This document shows, piece after piece, positions 40,930 to 57,100 of a stretch of 64,000 bases of DNA. Source of the DNA: Nemertoderma westbladi (lineage: Eukaryota; Animalia; Xenacoelomorpha); assembly GCA_032718475.1 (NCBI GenBank), contig JAUCBJ010008678.1:1-64000 (forward strand). Direction: 5' to 3'. Position 1 is the stretch's first letter; each line of letters starts with the position of its first letter. The translations under genes and the position numbers were made by a program. The notes below the pieces were generated by a model. That model saw only the letters and a list, made by a program, of their open reading frames with translations. It was not told where the DNA came from and did no database searches.

Positions 40930-43900
40930 GACCCGTCATTAGGACTACTTCTACCTAATGTAGATTCCTTCTCGGTCAGCTGAACCATCATTAGGACTAC
41001 TTCTACCTAAGGTAGATTCCTTCTCGGTCAGCTGACCCGTCATTAGGACTACTTCTACCTAAGGTATATTCCTTCTCGGACAGCTAACCCGTCATTAGGA
41101 CTACTTCTACCTAATGTAGATTGCTTCTAGGACAGCTGACCCGTCATTAGGACTACTTCTACCTAAGGTAGATTGCTTCTCGGTCAGCTGACCCGTCATT
41201 AGGACTACTTCTACCTAAGGTAGATTCCTTCTCGGTCAGCTGAACCGTCATTAGGACTACTTCTACCTAAGGTAGATTGCTTCTAGGACAGCTGACCCGT
41301 CATTAGGACTACTTCTACCTAAGGTAGATTGCTTGTCGGTCAGCTGAACCGTCATTAGGACTACTTCTACCTAAGGTAGATTGCTTCTCGGTCAGCTGAC
41401 CCGTCATTAGGACTACTTCTACCTAATGTAGATTCCTTCTCGGTCAGCTGACCCGTCATTAGGACTACTTCTACCTAATGTAGATTGCTTGTCGGTCAGC
41501 TGACCCGTCATTAGGAATACTTCTACCGAAGGTAGATTGCTTGTCGGTCAGCTGACCCGTCATTAGGACTACTTCTACCTAATGTAGATTCCTTCTCGGT
41601 CAGCTGAACCGTCATTAGGACTACTTCTACCTAATGTAGATTGCTTGTCGGTCAGCTGACCCGTCATTAGGACTACTTCTACCGAAGGTAGATTCCTTCT
41701 CGGACAGCTGACCCGTCATTAGGACTACTTCTACCTAATGTAGATTCCTTCTCGGACAGCTGACCCGTCATTAGGACTACTTCTACCTAATGTAGATTGC
41801 TTGTCGGTCAGCTGACCCGTCATTAGGACTACTTCTACCTAATGTAGATTCCTTCTCGGACAGCTGACCCGTCATTAGGACTACTTCTACCTAATGTAGA
41901 TTCCTTCTCGGACAGCTGACCCGTCATTAGGACTACTTCTACCTAATGTAGATTGCTTGTCGGTCAGCTGACCCGTCATTAGGACTACTTCTACCTAATG
42001 TAGATTCCTTCTCGGTCAGCTGGCCCGTCATTAGGACTACTTCTACCTAAGGTAGATTCCTTCTCGGTCAGCTGACCCGTCATTAGGACTACTTCTACCT
42101 AATGTAGATTGCTTCTCGGACAGCTAACCCGTCATTAGGACTACTTCTACCTAAGGTAGATTCCTTCTCGGTCAGCTGACCCGTCATTAGGACTACTTCT
42201 ACCGAAGGTAGATTCCTTCTCGGTCAGCTGACCCGTCATTAGGACTACTTCTACCTAATGTAGATTGCTTCTCGGTCAGCTGACCCGTCATTAGGACTAC
42301 TTCTACCTAATGTAGATTCCTTCTCGGTCAGCTGGCCCGTCATTAGGACTACTTCTACCTAAGGTAGATTCCTTCTCGGTCAGCTGACCAGTCATTAGGA
42401 CTACTTCTACCTAATGTAGATTGCTTCTCGGTCAGCTGACCCGTCATTAGGACTACTTCTACCTAATGTAGATTCCTTCTCGGTCAGCTGGCCCGTCATT
42501 AGGACTACTTCTACCTAAGGTAGATTCCTTCTCGGTCAGCTGACCAGTCATTAGGACTACTTCTACCTAAGGTAGATTCCTTCTCGGTCAGCTGACCAGT
42601 CATTAGGACTACTTCTACCTAAGGTAGATTCCTTCTCGGACAGCTGACCCGTCATTAGGACTACTTCTACCTAATGTAGATTCCTTCTCGGACAGCTGAC
42701 CCGTCATTAGGACTACTTCTACCTAATGTAGATTGCTTGTCGGTCAGCTGACCCGTCATTAGGACTACTTCTACCTAAGGTAGATTCCTTCTCGGTCAGC
42801 TGACCCGTCATTAGGACTACTTCTACCTAATGTAGATTCCTTCTCGGTCAGCTGACCCGTCATTAGGACTACTTCTACCTAATGTAGATTCCTTCTCGGT
42901 CAGCTGGCCCGTCATTAGGACTACTTCTACCTAAGGTAGATTCCTTCTCGGTCAGCTGACCCGTCATTAGGACTACTTCTACCTAATGTAGATTCCTTCT
43001 CGGTCAGCTGAACCATCATTAGGACTACTTCTACCTAAGGTAGATTCCTTCTCGGTCAGCTGACCCGTCATTAGGACTACTTCTACCTAAGGTATATTCC
43101 TTCTCGGACAGCTAACCCGTCATTAGGACTACTTCTACCTAATGTAGATTGCTTCTAGGACAGCTGACCCGTCATTAGGACTACTTCTACCTAAGGTAGA
43201 TTGCTTCTCGGTCAGCTGACCCGTCATTAGGACTACTTCTACCTAAGGTATATTCCTTCTCGGACAGCTAACCCGTCATTAGGACTACTTCTACCTAATG
43301 TAGATTGCTTCTAGGACAGCTGACCCGTCATTAGGACTACTTCTACCTAAGGTAGATTGCTTCTCGGTCAGCTGACCCGTCATTAGGACTACTTCTACCT
43401 AAGGTATATTCCTTCTCGGTCAGCTGAACCGTCATTAGGACTACTTCTACCTAAGGTAGATTGCTTCTAGGACAGCTGACCCGTCATTAGGACTACTTCT
43501 ACCTAAGGTAGATTGCTTGTCGGTCAGCTGACCCGTCATTAGGACTACTTCTACCTAAGGTAGATTGCTTCTCGGTCAGCTGACCCGTCATTAGGACTAC
43601 TTCTACCTAATGTAGATTCCTTCTCGGTCAGCTGACCCGTCATTAGGACTACTTCTACCTAATGTAGATTGCTTGTCGGTCAGCTGACCCGTCATTAGGA
43701 ATACTTCTACCGAAGGTAGATTGCTTGTCGGTCAGCTGACCCGTCATTAGGACTACTTCTACCTAATGTAGATTCCTTCTCGGTCAGCTGAACCGTCATT
43801 AGGACTACTTCTACCTAATGTAGATTGCTTGTCGGTCAGCTGACCCGTCATTAGGACTACTTCTACCGAAGGTAGATTCCTTCTCGGACAGCTGACCCGT

Positions 43901-45150
43901 CATTAGGACTACTTCTACCTAATGTAGATTCCTTCTCGGACAGCTGACCCGTCATTAGGACTACTTCTACCTAATGTAGATTGCTTGTCGGTCAGCTGAC
44001 CCGTCATTAGGACTACTTCTACCTAATGTAGATTCCTTCTCGGACAGCTGACCCGTCATTAGGACTACTTCTACCTAATGTAGATTCCTTCTCGGACAGC
44101 TGACCCGTCATTAGGACTACTTCTACCTAATGTAGATTGCTTGTCGGTCAGCTGACCCGTCATTAGGACTACTTATACCTAATGTAGATTCCTTCTCGGT
44201 CAGCTGGCCCGTCATTAGGACTACTTCTACCTAAGGTAGATTCCTTCTCGGTCAGCTGACCCGTCATTAGGACTACTTCTACCTAATGTAGATTGCTTCT
44301 CGGACAGCTAACCCGTCATTAGGACTACTTCTACCTAAGGTAGATTCCTTCTCGGTCAGCTGACCCGTCATTAGGACTACTTCTACCGAAGGTAGATTCC
44401 TTCTCGGTCAGCTGACCCGTCATTAGGACTACTTCTACCTAATGTAGATTGCTTCTCGGTCAGCTGACCCGTCATTAGGACTACTTCTACCTAATGTAGA
44501 TTCCTTCTCGGTCAGCTGGCCCGTCATTAGGACTACTTCTACCTAAGGTAGATTCCTTCTCGGTCAGCTGACCAGTCATTAGGACTACTTCTACCTAATG
44601 TAGATTGCTTCTCGGTCAGCTGACCCGTCATTAGGACTACTTCTACCTAATGTAGATTCCTTCTCGGTCAGCTGGCCCGTCATTAGGACTACTTCTACCT
44701 AAGGTAGATTCCTTCTCGGTCAGCTGACCAGTCATTAGGACTACTTCTACCTAAGGTAGATTCCTTCTCGGTCAGCTGACCAGTCATTAGGACTACTTCT
44801 ACCTAAGGTAGATTCCTTCTCGGACAGCTGACCCGTCATTAGGACTACTTCTACCTAATGTAGATTCCTTCTCGGACAGCTGACCCGTCATTAGGACTAC
44901 TTCTACCTAATGTAGATTGCTTGTCGGTCAGCTGACCCGTCATTAGGACTACTTCTACCTAAGGTAGATTCCTTCTCGGTCAGCTGACCCGTCATTAGGA
45001 CTACTTCTACCTAATGTAGATTCCTTCTCGGTCAGCTGACCCGTCATTAGGACTACTTCTACCTAATGTAGATTCCTTCTCGGTCAGCTGGCCCGTCATT
45101 AGGACTACTTCTACCTAAGGTAGATTCCTTCTCGGTCAGCTGACCCGTCA
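40930..45150. repeat. Block duplication, offset 2184 bp (42 monomers); a third diverged partial copy lies near 46650-47800
   Basis: T28G (ccgaagg) at 41528/43712, 41684/43868 and 42204/44388, all offset 2184. ggacagctaaccc markers are shared. ccgaagg at 46727 and ctaacac near 47219 mark the third copy. Confidence 0.88.
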
Positions 45151-48100
45151 TTAGGACTACTTCTACCTAATGTAGATTCCTTCTCGGTCAGCTGGCCCGT
45201 CATTAGGACTACTTCTACCTAATGTAGATTCCTTCTCGGTCAGCTGACCCGTCATTAGGACTACTTCTACCTAATGTAGATTCCTTCTCGGTCAGCTGGC
45301 CCGTCATTAGGACTACTTCTACCTAAGGTAGATTCCTTCTCGGTCAGCTGACCCGTCATTAGGACTACTTCTACCTAATGTAGATTCCTTCTCGGTCAGC
45401 TGGCCCGTCATTAGGACTACTTCTACCTAATGTAGATTCCTTCTCGGTCAGCTGACCCGTCATTAGGACTACTTCTACCTAATGTAGATTCCTTCTCGGT
45501 CAGATGACCCGTCATTAGGACTACTTCTACCTAAGGTAGATTCCTTCTCGGTCAGCTGGCCCGTCATTAGGACTACTTCTACCTAATGTAGATTCCTTCT
45601 CGGTCAGCTGACCCGTCATTAGGACTACTTCTACCTAATGTAGATTCCTTCTCGGTCAGATGACCCGTCATTAGGACTACTTCTACCTAAGGTAGATTCC
45701 TTCTCGGTCAGCTGACCCGTCATTAGGACTACTTCTACCTAATGTAGATTCCTTCTCGGTCAGCTGACCCGTCATTAGGACTACTTCTACCTAAGGTAGA
45801 TTCCTTCTAGGTCAGCTGACCCGTCATTAGGACTACTTCTACCTAATGTAGATTCCTTCTCGGTCAGCTGACCCGTCATTAGGAATACTTCTACCTAATG
45901 TAGATTGCTTCTCGGTCAGCTGAACCGTCATTAGGACACTTCTACCTAATGTAGATTGCTTGTCGGTCAGCTGACCCGTCATTAGGACTACTTCTACCTA
46001 ATGTAGATTCCTTCTCGGTCAGCTGACCCGTCATTAGGACTACTTCTACCTAATGTAGATTCCTTCTCGGTCAGCTGACCAGTCATTAGGACTACTTCTA
46101 CCTAAGGTAGATTGCTTGTCGGTCAGCTGACCCGTCATTAGGACTACTTCTACCTAATGTAGATTGCTTGTCGGTCAGCTGACCCGTCATTAGGACTACT
46201 TCTACCTAATGTAGATTCCTTCTCGGTCAGCTGACCCGTCATTAGGACTACTTCTACCTAATGTAGATTCCTTCTCGGTCAGCTGGCCCGTCATTAGGAC
46301 TACTTCTACCTAAGGTAGATTCCTTCTCGGACAGCTGACCCGTCATTAGGACTACTTCTACCTAATGTAGATTCCTTCTCGGTCAGCTGACCCGTCATTA
46401 GGACTACTTCTACCTAATGTAGATTGCTTGTCGGTCAGCTGACCCGTCATTAGGACTACTTCTACCTAATGTAGATTCCTTCTCGGTCAGCTGACCCGTC
46501 ATTAGGACTACTTCTACCTAATGTAGATTCCTTCTCGGTCAGCTGACCCGTCATTAGGACTACTTCTACCTAAGGTAGATTCCTTCTCGGTCAGCTGACC
46601 CGTCATTAGGACTACTTCTACCTAATGTAGATTCCTTCTCGGTCAGCTGACCCGTCATTAGGACTACTTCTACCTAATGTAGATTGCTTGTCGGTCAGCT
46701 GACCCGTCATTAGGAATACTTCTACCGAAGGTAGATTGCTTGTCGGTCAGCTGACCCGTCATTAGGACTACTTCTACCTAATGTAGATTCCTTCTCGGTC
46801 AGCTGACCCGTCATTAGGACTACTTCTACCTAAGGTAGATTGCTTCTCGGTCAGCTGACCCGTCATTAGGACTACTTCTACCTAATGTAGATTGCTTGTC
46901 GGTCAGCTGACCCGTCATTAGGACTACTTCTACCTAATGTAGATTCCTTCTCGGACAGCTGACCCGTCATTAGGACTACTTCTACCTAATGTAGATTCCT
47001 TCTCGGACAGCTGACCCGTCATTAGGACTACTTCTACCTAATGTAGATTGCTTGTCGGTCAGCTGACCCGTCATTAGGACTACTTCTACCTAATGTAGAT
47101 TCCTTCTCGGTCAGCTGGCCCGTCATTAGGACTACTTCTACCTAAGGTAGATTCCTTCTCGGTCAGCTGACCCGTCATTAGGACTACTTCTACCTAATGT
47201 AGATTGCTTCTCGGACAGCTAACACGTCATTAGGACTACTTCTACCTAAGGTAGATTCCTTCTCGGTCAGCTGACCCGTCATTAGGACTACTTCTACCTA
47301 ATGTAGATTCCTTCTCGGTCAGCTGACCCGTCATTAGGACTACTTCTACCTAATGTAGATTCCTTCTCAGTCAGCTGGCCCGTCATTAGGACTACTTCTA
47401 CCTAAGGTAGATTCCTCCTCGGTCAGCTGACCAGTCATTAGGACTACTTCTACCTAAGGTAGATTCCTTCTCGGTCAGCTGACCAGTCATTAGGACTACT
47501 TCTACCTAAGGTAGATTCCTTCTCGGACAGCTGACCCGTCATTAGGACTACTTCTACCTAAGGTAGATTCCTTCTCGGACAGCTGACCCGTCATTAGGAC
47601 TACTTCTACCTAATGTAGATTGCTTGTCGGTCAGCTGACCCGTCATTAGGACTACTTCTACCTAATGTAGATTCCTTCTCGGACAGCTGACCCGTCATTA
47701 GGACTACTTCTACCTAATGTAGATTCCTTCTCGGACAGCTGACCCGTCATTAGGACTACTTCTACCTAATGTAGATTGCTTGTCGGTCAGCTGACCCGTC
47801 ATTAGGACTACTTCTACCTAATGTAGATTCCTTCTCGGTCAGCTGACCCGTCATTAGGACTACTTCTACCTAATGTAGATTCCTTCTCGGTCAGCTGACC
47901 CGTCATTAGGACTACTTCTACCTAAGGTAGATTCCTTCTCGGTCAGCTGACCAGTCATTAGGACTACTTCTACCTAAGGTAGATTCCTTCTCGGACAGCT
48001 GACCCGTCATTAGGACTACTTCTACCTAAGGTAGATTCCTTCTCGGACAGCTGACCCGTCATTAGGACTACTTCTACCTAATGTAGATTCCTTCTCGGAC

Positions 48101-51100
48101 AGCTGACCCGTCATTAGGACTACTTCTACCTAATGTAGATTCCTTCTCGGTCAGCTGACCCGTCATTAGGACTACTTCTACCTAATGTAGATTGCTTCTC
48201 GGTCAGCTGACCCGTCATTAGGACTACTTCTACCTAAGGTAGATTCCTTCTCGGTCAGCTGACCCGTCATTAGGACTACTTCTACCTAAGGTAGATTGCT
48301 TGTCGGTCAGCTGACCCGTCATTAGGACTACTTCTACCGAAGGTAGATTCCTTCTCGGACAGCTGGCCCGTCATTAGGACTACTTCTACCTAAGGTAGAT
48401 TCCTTCTCGGACAGCTGGCCCATCATTAGGACTACTTCTACCTAAGGTAGATTCCTTCTCGGACAGCTGACCCGTCATTAGGACTACTTCTACCTAATGT
48501 AGATTCCTTCTCGGACAGCTGACCCGTCATTAGGACTACTTCTACCTAATGTAGATTGCTTGTCGGTCAGCTGACCCGTCATTAGGACTACTTCTACCTA
48601 AGGTAGATTCTTTCTCGGTCAGCTGACCCGTCATTAGGACTACTTCTACCGAAGGTAGATTCCTTCTCGGACAGCTGGCCCGTCATTAGGACTACTTCTA
48701 CCTAAGGTAGATTCCTTCTCGGACAGCTGGCCCGTCATTAGGACTACTTCTACCTAAGGTAGATTCCTTCTCGGACAGCTGACCCGTCATTAGGACTACT
48801 TCTACCTAATGTAGATTCCTTCTCGGACAGCTGACCCGTCATTAGGACTACTTCTACCTAATGTAGATTGCTTGTCGGTCAGCTGACCCGTCATTAGGAC
48901 TACTTCTACCTAAGGTAGATTCCTTCTCGGTCAGCTGACCCGTCATTAGGACTACTTCTACCTAATGTAGATTCCTTCTCGGTCAGCTGACCCGTCATTA
49001 GGACTACTTCTACCTAATGTAGATTCCTTCTCGGTCAGCTGGCCCGTCATTAGGACTACTTCTACCTAAGGTAGATTCCTTCTCGGACAGCTGACCCGTC
49101 ATTAGGACTACTTCTACCTAATGTAGATTCCTTCTCGGACAGCTGACCCGTCATTAGGACTACTTCTACCTAATGTAGATTGCTTGTCGGTCAGCTGACC
49201 CGTCATTAGGACTACTTCTACCTAATGTAGATTCCTTCTAGGTCAGCTGACCCGTCATTAGGACTACTTCTACCTAATGTAGATTCCTTCTCGGTCAGAT
49301 GACCCGTCATTAGGACTACTTCTACCTAATGTAGATTCCTTCTCAATCAGCTGACCCGTCATTAGGACTACTTCTACCTAATGTAGATTGCTTGTCGGTC
49401 AGCTGACCCGTCATTAGGACTACTTCTACCTAATGTAGATTCCTTCTCGGTCAGCTGACCCGTCATTAGGACTACTTCTACCTAATGTAGATTCCTTCTC
49501 GGTCAGCTGGCCCGTCATTAGGACTACTTCTACCTAAGGTAGATTCCTTCTCGGTCAGCTGACCCGTCATTAGGACTACTTCTACCTAATGTAGATTCCT
49601 TCTCGGTCAGCTGGCCCGTCATTAGGACTACTTCTACCTAATGTAGATTCCTTCCCGGTCAGCTGACCCGTCATTAGGACTACTTCTACCTAATGTAGAT
49701 TGCTTGTCGGACAGCTGACCCGTCATTAGGACTACTTCTACCTAATGTAGATTCCTTCTCGGTCAGCTGACCCGTCATTAGGACTACTTCTACCTAATGT
49801 AGATTGCTTGTCGGACAGCTGACCCGTCATTAGGACTACTTCTACCTAATGTAGATTGCTTGTCGGTCAGCTGACCCGTCATTAGGACTACTTCTACCTA
49901 ATGTAGATTGCTTGTCGGTCAGCTGACCCGTCATTAGGACTACTTCTACCTAATGTAGATTCCTTCTCGGTCAGCTGACCCGTCATTAGGACTACTTCTA
50001 CCTAATGTAGATTCCTTCTCGGTCAGCTGGCCCGTCATTAGGACTACTTCTACCTAAGGTAGATTCCTTCTCGGACAGCTGACCCGTCATTAGGACTACT
50101 TCTACCTAATGTAGATTCCTTCTCGGTCAGCTGACCCGTCATTAGGACTACTTCTACCTAATGTAGATTCCTTCTCGGTCAGCTGACCCGTCATTAGGAC
50201 TACTTCTACCTAAGGTAGATTCCTTCTCGGTCAGCTGACCCGTCATTAGGACTACTTCTACCTAATGTAGATTCCTTCTCGGTCAGCTGACCCGTCATTA
50301 GGACTACTTCTACCTAAGGTAGATTGCTTCTCGGTCAGCTGACCCGTCATTAGGACTACTTCTACCTAAGGTAGATTGCTTCTCGGTCAGCTGACCCGTC
50401 ATTAGGACTACTTCTACCTAATGTAGATTCCTTCTCGGTCAGCTGACCCGTCATTAGGACTACTTCTACCTAATGTAGATTCCTTCTCGGTCAGCTGACC
50501 CGTCATTAGGACTACTTCTACCTAATGTAGATTCCTTCTCGGTCAGCTGACCCGTCATTAGGACTACTTCTACCTAAGGTAGATTCCTTCTCGGTCAGCT
50601 GACCCGTCATTAGGACTACTTCTACCTAATGTAGATTCCTTCTCGGTCAGCTGACCCGTCATTAGGACTACTTCTACCTAAGGTAGATTGCTTCTCGGTC
50701 AGCTGACCCGTCATTAGGACTACTTCTACCTAATGTAGATTCCTTCTCGGTCAGCTGAACCGTCATTAGGACTACTTCTACCTAAGGTAGATTGCTTCTC
50801 GGTCAGCTGACCCGTCATTAGGACTACTTCTACCTAAGGTAGATTCCTTCTCGGTCAGCTGACCCGTCATTAGGACTACTTCTACCTAAGGTAGATTGCT
50901 TCTCGGTCAGCTGACCCGTCATTAGGACTACTTCTACCTAATGTAGATTCCTTCTCGGTCAGCTGAACCGTCATTAGGACTACTTCTACCTAAGGTAGAT
51001 TCCTTCTCGGTCAGCTGACCCGTCATTAGGACTACTTCTACCTAATGTAGATTCCTTCTCGGTCAGATGACCCATCATTAGGACTACTTCTACCTAATGT

Positions 51101-54100
51101 AGATTGCTTCTCGGTCAGATGACCCATCATTAGGACTACTTCTACCTAATGTAGATTGCTTCTCGGTCAGCTGACCCGTCATTAGGACTACTTCTACCTA
51201 ATGTAGATTCCTTCTCGGTCAGCTGAACCGTCATTAGGACTACTTCTACCTAAGGTAGATTGCTTCTCGGTCAGCTGAACCGTCATTAGGACTACTTCTA
51301 CCTAATGTAGATTCCTTCTCGGTCAGCTGACCCGTCATTAGGACTACTTCTACCTAATGTAGATTCCTTCTCGGACAGCTGAACCGTCATTAGGACTACT
51401 TCTACCTAAGGTAGATTGCTTCTCGGTCAGCTGACCCGTCATTAGGACTACTTCTACCTAATGTAGATTCCTTCTCGGTCAGCTGAACCGTCATTAGGAA
51501 TACTTCTACCTAAGGTAGATTGCTTCTCGGTCAGCTGACCCATCATTAGGACTACTTCTACCTAATGTAGATTCCTTCTCGGTCAGATGACCCATCATTA
51601 GGACTACTTCTACCTAATGTAGATTGCTTCTCGGTCAGATGACCCATCATTAGGACTACTTCTACCTAATGTAGATTGCTTCTCGGTCAGCTGAACCGTC
51701 ATTAGGAATACTTCTACCTAAGGTAGATTCCTTCTCGGTCAGCTGACCCGTCATTAGGACTACTTCTACCTAAGGTAGATTCCTTCTCGGACAGCTGACC
51801 CATCATTAGGACTACTTCTACCTAATGTAGATTCCTTCTCGGTCAGCTGAACCGTCATTAGGAATACTTCTACCTAAGGTAGATTCCTTCTCGGACAGCT
51901 GACCCATCATTAGGACTACTTCTACCTAATGTAGATTCCTTCTCGGTCAGCTGACCCGTCATTAGGACTACTTCTACCTAAGGTAGATTCCTTCTCGGTC
52001 AGCTGAACCGTCATTAGGACTACTTCTACCTAATGTAGATTCCTTCTCGGTCAGCTGACCCGTCATTAGGACTACTTCTACCTAATGTAGATTCCTTCTC
52101 GGACAGCTGACCAGTCATTAGGACTACTTCTACCTAATGTAGATTCCTTCTCGGACAGCTGACCAGTCATTAGGACTACTTCTACCTAATGTAGATTCCT
52201 TCTCGGTCAGCTGAACCGTCATTAGGACTACTTCTACCTAAGGTAGATTCCTTCTCGGTCAGCTGAACCGTCATTAGGACTACTTCTACCTAATGTAGAT
52301 AGCTTCTCGGTCAGCTGACCCGTCATTAGGACTACTTCTACCTAATGTAGATTGCTTCTCGGTCAGCTGACCCGTCATTAGGACTACTTCTACCTAAGGT
52401 AGATTCCTTCTCGGTCAGCTGAACCGTCATTAGGACTACTTCTACCTAATGTAGATTCCTTCTCGGTCAGCTGAACCGTCATTAGGACTACTTCTACCTA
52501 ATGTAGATTCCTTCTCGGTCAGCTAACCCGTCATTAGGACTACTTCTACCTAAGGTAGATTCCTTCTCGGTCAGCTGACCCGTCATTAGGACTACTTCTA
52601 CCTAATGTAGATTCCTTCTCGGTCAGCTGACCCGTCATTAGGACTACTTCTACCTAATGTAGATTCCTTCTCGGACAGCTGACCAGTCATTAGGACTACT
52701 TCTACCTAATGTAGATTCCTTCTCGGACAGCTGACCAGTCATTAGGACTACTTCTACCTAATGTAGATTCCTTCTCGGTCAGCTGAACCGTCATTAGGAC
52801 TACTTCTACCTAAGGTAGATTCCTTCTCGGTCAGCTGAACCGTCATTAGGACTACTTCTACCTAAGGTAGATTCCTTCTCGGTCAGCTGAACCGTCATTA
52901 GGACTACTTCTACCTAATGTAGATAGCTTCTCGGTCAGCTGACCCGTCATTAGGACTACTTCTACCTAATGTAGATTCCTTCTCGGTCAGCTGAACCGTC
53001 ATTAGGACTACTTCTACCTAAGGTAGATTCCTTCTCGGTCAGCTGAACCGTCATTAGGACTACTTCTACCTAATGTAGATAGCTTCTCGGTCAGCTGACC
53101 CGTCATTAGGACTACTTCTACCTAATGTAGATTATTCTCGGTCAGCTGAACCGTCATTAGGACTACTTCTACCTAAGGTAGATTCCTTCTCGGTCAGCTG
53201 AACCGTCATTAGGACTACTTCTACCTAATGTAGATTCCTTCTCGGACAGCTGACCAGTCATTAGGACTACTTCTACCTAATGTAGATTCCTTCTCGGTCA
53301 GCTGAACCGTCATTAGGACTACTTCTACCTAAGGTAGATTCCTTCTCGGTCAGCTGAACCGTCATTAGGACTACTTCTACCTAATGTAGATAGCTTCTCG
53401 GTCAGCTGACCCGTCATTAGGACTACTTCTACCTAATGTAGATTCCTTCTCGGTCAGCTGACCCGTCATTAGGACTACTTCTACCTAAGGTAGATTGCTT
53501 CTCGGTCAGCTGAACCGTCATTAGGACTACTTCTACCTAATGTAGATTCCTTCTCGGACAGCTGACCAGTCATTAGGACTACTTCTACCTAATGTAGATT
53601 CCTTCTCGGTCAGCTGAACCGTCATTAGGACTACTTCTACCTAAGGTAGATTCCTTCTCGGACAGCTGACCCGTCATTAGGACTACTTCTACCTAAGGTA
53701 GATTCCTTCTCGGTCAGATGACCCGTCATTAGGACTACTTCTACCTAATGTAGATTGCTTCTCGGTCAGCTGACCCGTCATTAGGACTACTTCTACCTAA
53801 TGTAGATTCCTTCTCGGTCAGCTGAACCGTCATTAGGACTACTTCTACCTAATGTAGATTCCTTCTCGGTCAGCTGACCCGTCATTAGGACTACTTCTAC
53901 CTAATGTAGATTCCTTCTCGGTCAGCTGACCCATCATTAGGACTACTTCTACCTAATGTAGATTCCTTCTCGGTCAGCTGAACCGTCATTAGGACTACTT
54001 CTACCTAATGTAGATTCCTTCTCGGTCAGCTGACCCGTCATTAGGACTACTTCTACCTAATGTAGATTGCTTGTCGGTCAGCTGACCAGTCATTAGGACT

Positions 54101-57100
54101 ACTTCTACCTAATGTAGATTCCTTCTCGGTCAGCTGACCCGTCATTAGGACTACTTCTACCTAATGTAGATTCCTTCTCGGTCAGCTGACCCGTCATTAG
54201 GACTACTTCTACCTAAGGTAGATTGCTTCTCGGTCAGCTGAACCGTCATTAGGACTACTTCTACCTAATGTAGATTCCTTCTCGGACAGCTGACCCGTCA
54301 TTAGGACTACTTCTACCTAATGTAGATTCCTTCTCGGTCAGCTGACCCGTCATTAGGACTACTTCTACCTAATGTAGATTCCTTCTCGGACAGCTGACCC
54401 GTCATTAGGACTACTTCTACCTAATGTAGATTCCTTCTCGGTCAGCTGACCCGTCATTAGGACTACTTCTACCTAATGTAGATTCCTTCTCGGTCAGCTG
54501 ACCCGTCATTAGGACTACTTCTACCTAATGTAGATTCCTTCTCGGTCAGCTGACCCGTCATTAGGACTACTTCTACCTAATGTAGATTCCTTCTCGGTCA
54601 GATGACCCGTCATTAGGACTACTTCTACCTAATGTAGATTGCTTCTCGGTCAGCTGACCCGTCATTAGGACTACTTCTACCTAATGTAGATTCCTTCTCG
54701 GTCAGCTGACCCTTCATTAGGACTACTTCTACCTAATGTAGATTCCTTCTCGGTCAGATGACCCGTCATTAGGACTACTTCTACCTAATGTAGATTGCTT
54801 CTCGGTCAGCTGACCCGTCATTAGGACTACTTCTACCTAATGTAGATTCCTTCTCGGTCAGCTGAACCGTCATTAGGACTACTTCTACCTAATGTAGATT
54901 CCTTCTCGGTCAGATGACCCGTCATTAGGACTACTTCTACCTAATGTAGATTGCTTCTCGGTCAGCTGACCCGTCATTAGGACTACTTCTACCTAATGTA
55001 GATTCCTTCTCGGTCAGCTGACCCTTCATTAGGACTACTTCTACCTAATGTAGATTGCTTCTCGGTCAGATGACCCATCATTAGGACTACTTCTACCTAA
55101 GGTAGATTGCTTCTCGGTCAGCTGACCCGTCATTAGGACTACTTCTACCTAATGTAGATTCCTTCTCGGTCAGCTGAACCGTCATTAGGACTACTTCTAC
55201 CTAATGTAGATTCCTTCTCGGTCAGCTGAACCGTCATTAGGACTACTTCTACCTAAGGTATATTCCTTCTCGGTCAGCTGACCCGTCATTAGGACTACTT
55301 CTACCTAATGTAGATTCCTTCTCGGTCAGATGACCCATCATTAGGACTACTTCTACCTAATGTAGATTCCTTCTCGGTCAGATGACCCATCATTAGGACT
55401 ACTTCTACCTAATGTAGATTGCTTCTCGGTCAGATGACCCATCATTAGGACTACTTCTACCTAAGGTAGATTGCTTCTCGGTCAGATGACCCATCATTAG
55501 GACTACTTCTACCTAATGTAGATTCCTTCTCGGTCAGCTGAACCGTCATTAGGACTACTTATACCTAATGTAGATTCCTTCTCGGTCAGCTGACCCGTCA
55601 TTAGGACTACTTCTACCTAAGGTAGATTGCTTCTCGGTCAGCTGACCCGTCATTAGGACTACTTCTACCTAAGGTAGATTGCTTCTCGGTCAGCTGACCC
55701 GTCATTAGGACTACTTCTACCTAAGGTAGATTCCTTCTCGGTCAGCTGACCCGTCATTAGGACTACTTCTACCTAAGGTAGATTGCTTCTCGGTCAGCTG
55801 ACCCGTCATTAGGACTACTTCTACCTAATGTAGATTCCTTCTCGGTCAGCTGAACCGTCATTAGGACTACTTCTACCTAAGGTATATTCCTTCTCGGTCA
55901 GCTGACCCGTCGTTAGGACTACTTCTACCTAAGGTAGATTGCTTCTCGGTCAGCTGACCCGTCATTAGGACTACTTCTACCTAAGGTAGATTGCTTCTCG
56001 GTCAGCTGACCCGTCATTAGGACTACTTCTACCTAATGTAGATTCCTTCTCGGTCAGATGACCCATCATTAGGACTACTTCTACCTAATGTAGATTCCTT
56101 CTCGGTCAGCTGACCCGTCATTAGGACTACTTCTACCTAATGTAGATTCCTTCTCGGTCAGCTGAACCGTCATTAGGACTACTTCTACCTAAGGTATATT
56201 CCTTCTCGGTCAGCTGACCCGTCGTTAGGACTACTTCTACCTAAGGTAGATTCCTTCTCGGTCAGCTGACCCGTCATTAGGACTACTTCTACCTAAGGTA
56301 GAATCCTTCTAGGACAGCTGACCCGTCATTAGGACTACTTCTACCTAAGGTAGATTCCTTCTCGGTCAGCTGACCCGTCATTAGGACTACTTCTACCTAA
56401 GGTAGAATCCTTCTAGGACAGCTGACCCGTCATTAGGACTACTTCTACCTAATGTAGATTCCTTCTCGGTCAGCTGACCCGTCATTAGGACTACTTCTAC
56501 CTAAGGTATAATCCTTCTAGGACAGCTGACCCGTCATTAGGACTACTTCTACCTAATGTAGATTCCTTCTCGGTCAGCTGACCCGTCATTAGGACTACTT
56601 CTACCTAATGTAGATTCCTTCTCGGTCAGCTGACCCGTCATTAGGACTACTTCTACCTAAGGTAGATTCCTTCCCGGTCAGCTGACCCGTCATTAGGACT
56701 ACTTCTACCTAAGGTAGAATCCTTCTAGGACAGCTGACCCGTCATTAGGACTACTTCTACCTAAGGTAGATTCCTTCTCGGTCAGCTGACCCGTCATTAG
56801 GACTACTTCTACCTAAGGTAGAATCCTTCTAGGACAGCTGACCCGTCATTAGGACTACTTCTACCTAATGTAGATTCCTTCTCGGTCAGCTGACCCGTCA
56901 TTAGGACTACTTCTACCTAAGGTAGAATCCTTCTAGGACAGCTGACCCGTCATTAGGACTACTTCTACCTAAGGTAGAATCCTTCTAGGACAGCTGACCC
57001 GTCATTAGGACTACTTCTACCTAATGTAGATTCCTTCTCGGACAGCTGACCCGTCATTAGGACTACTTCTACCTAAGGTAGATTCCTTCTCGGTCAGCTG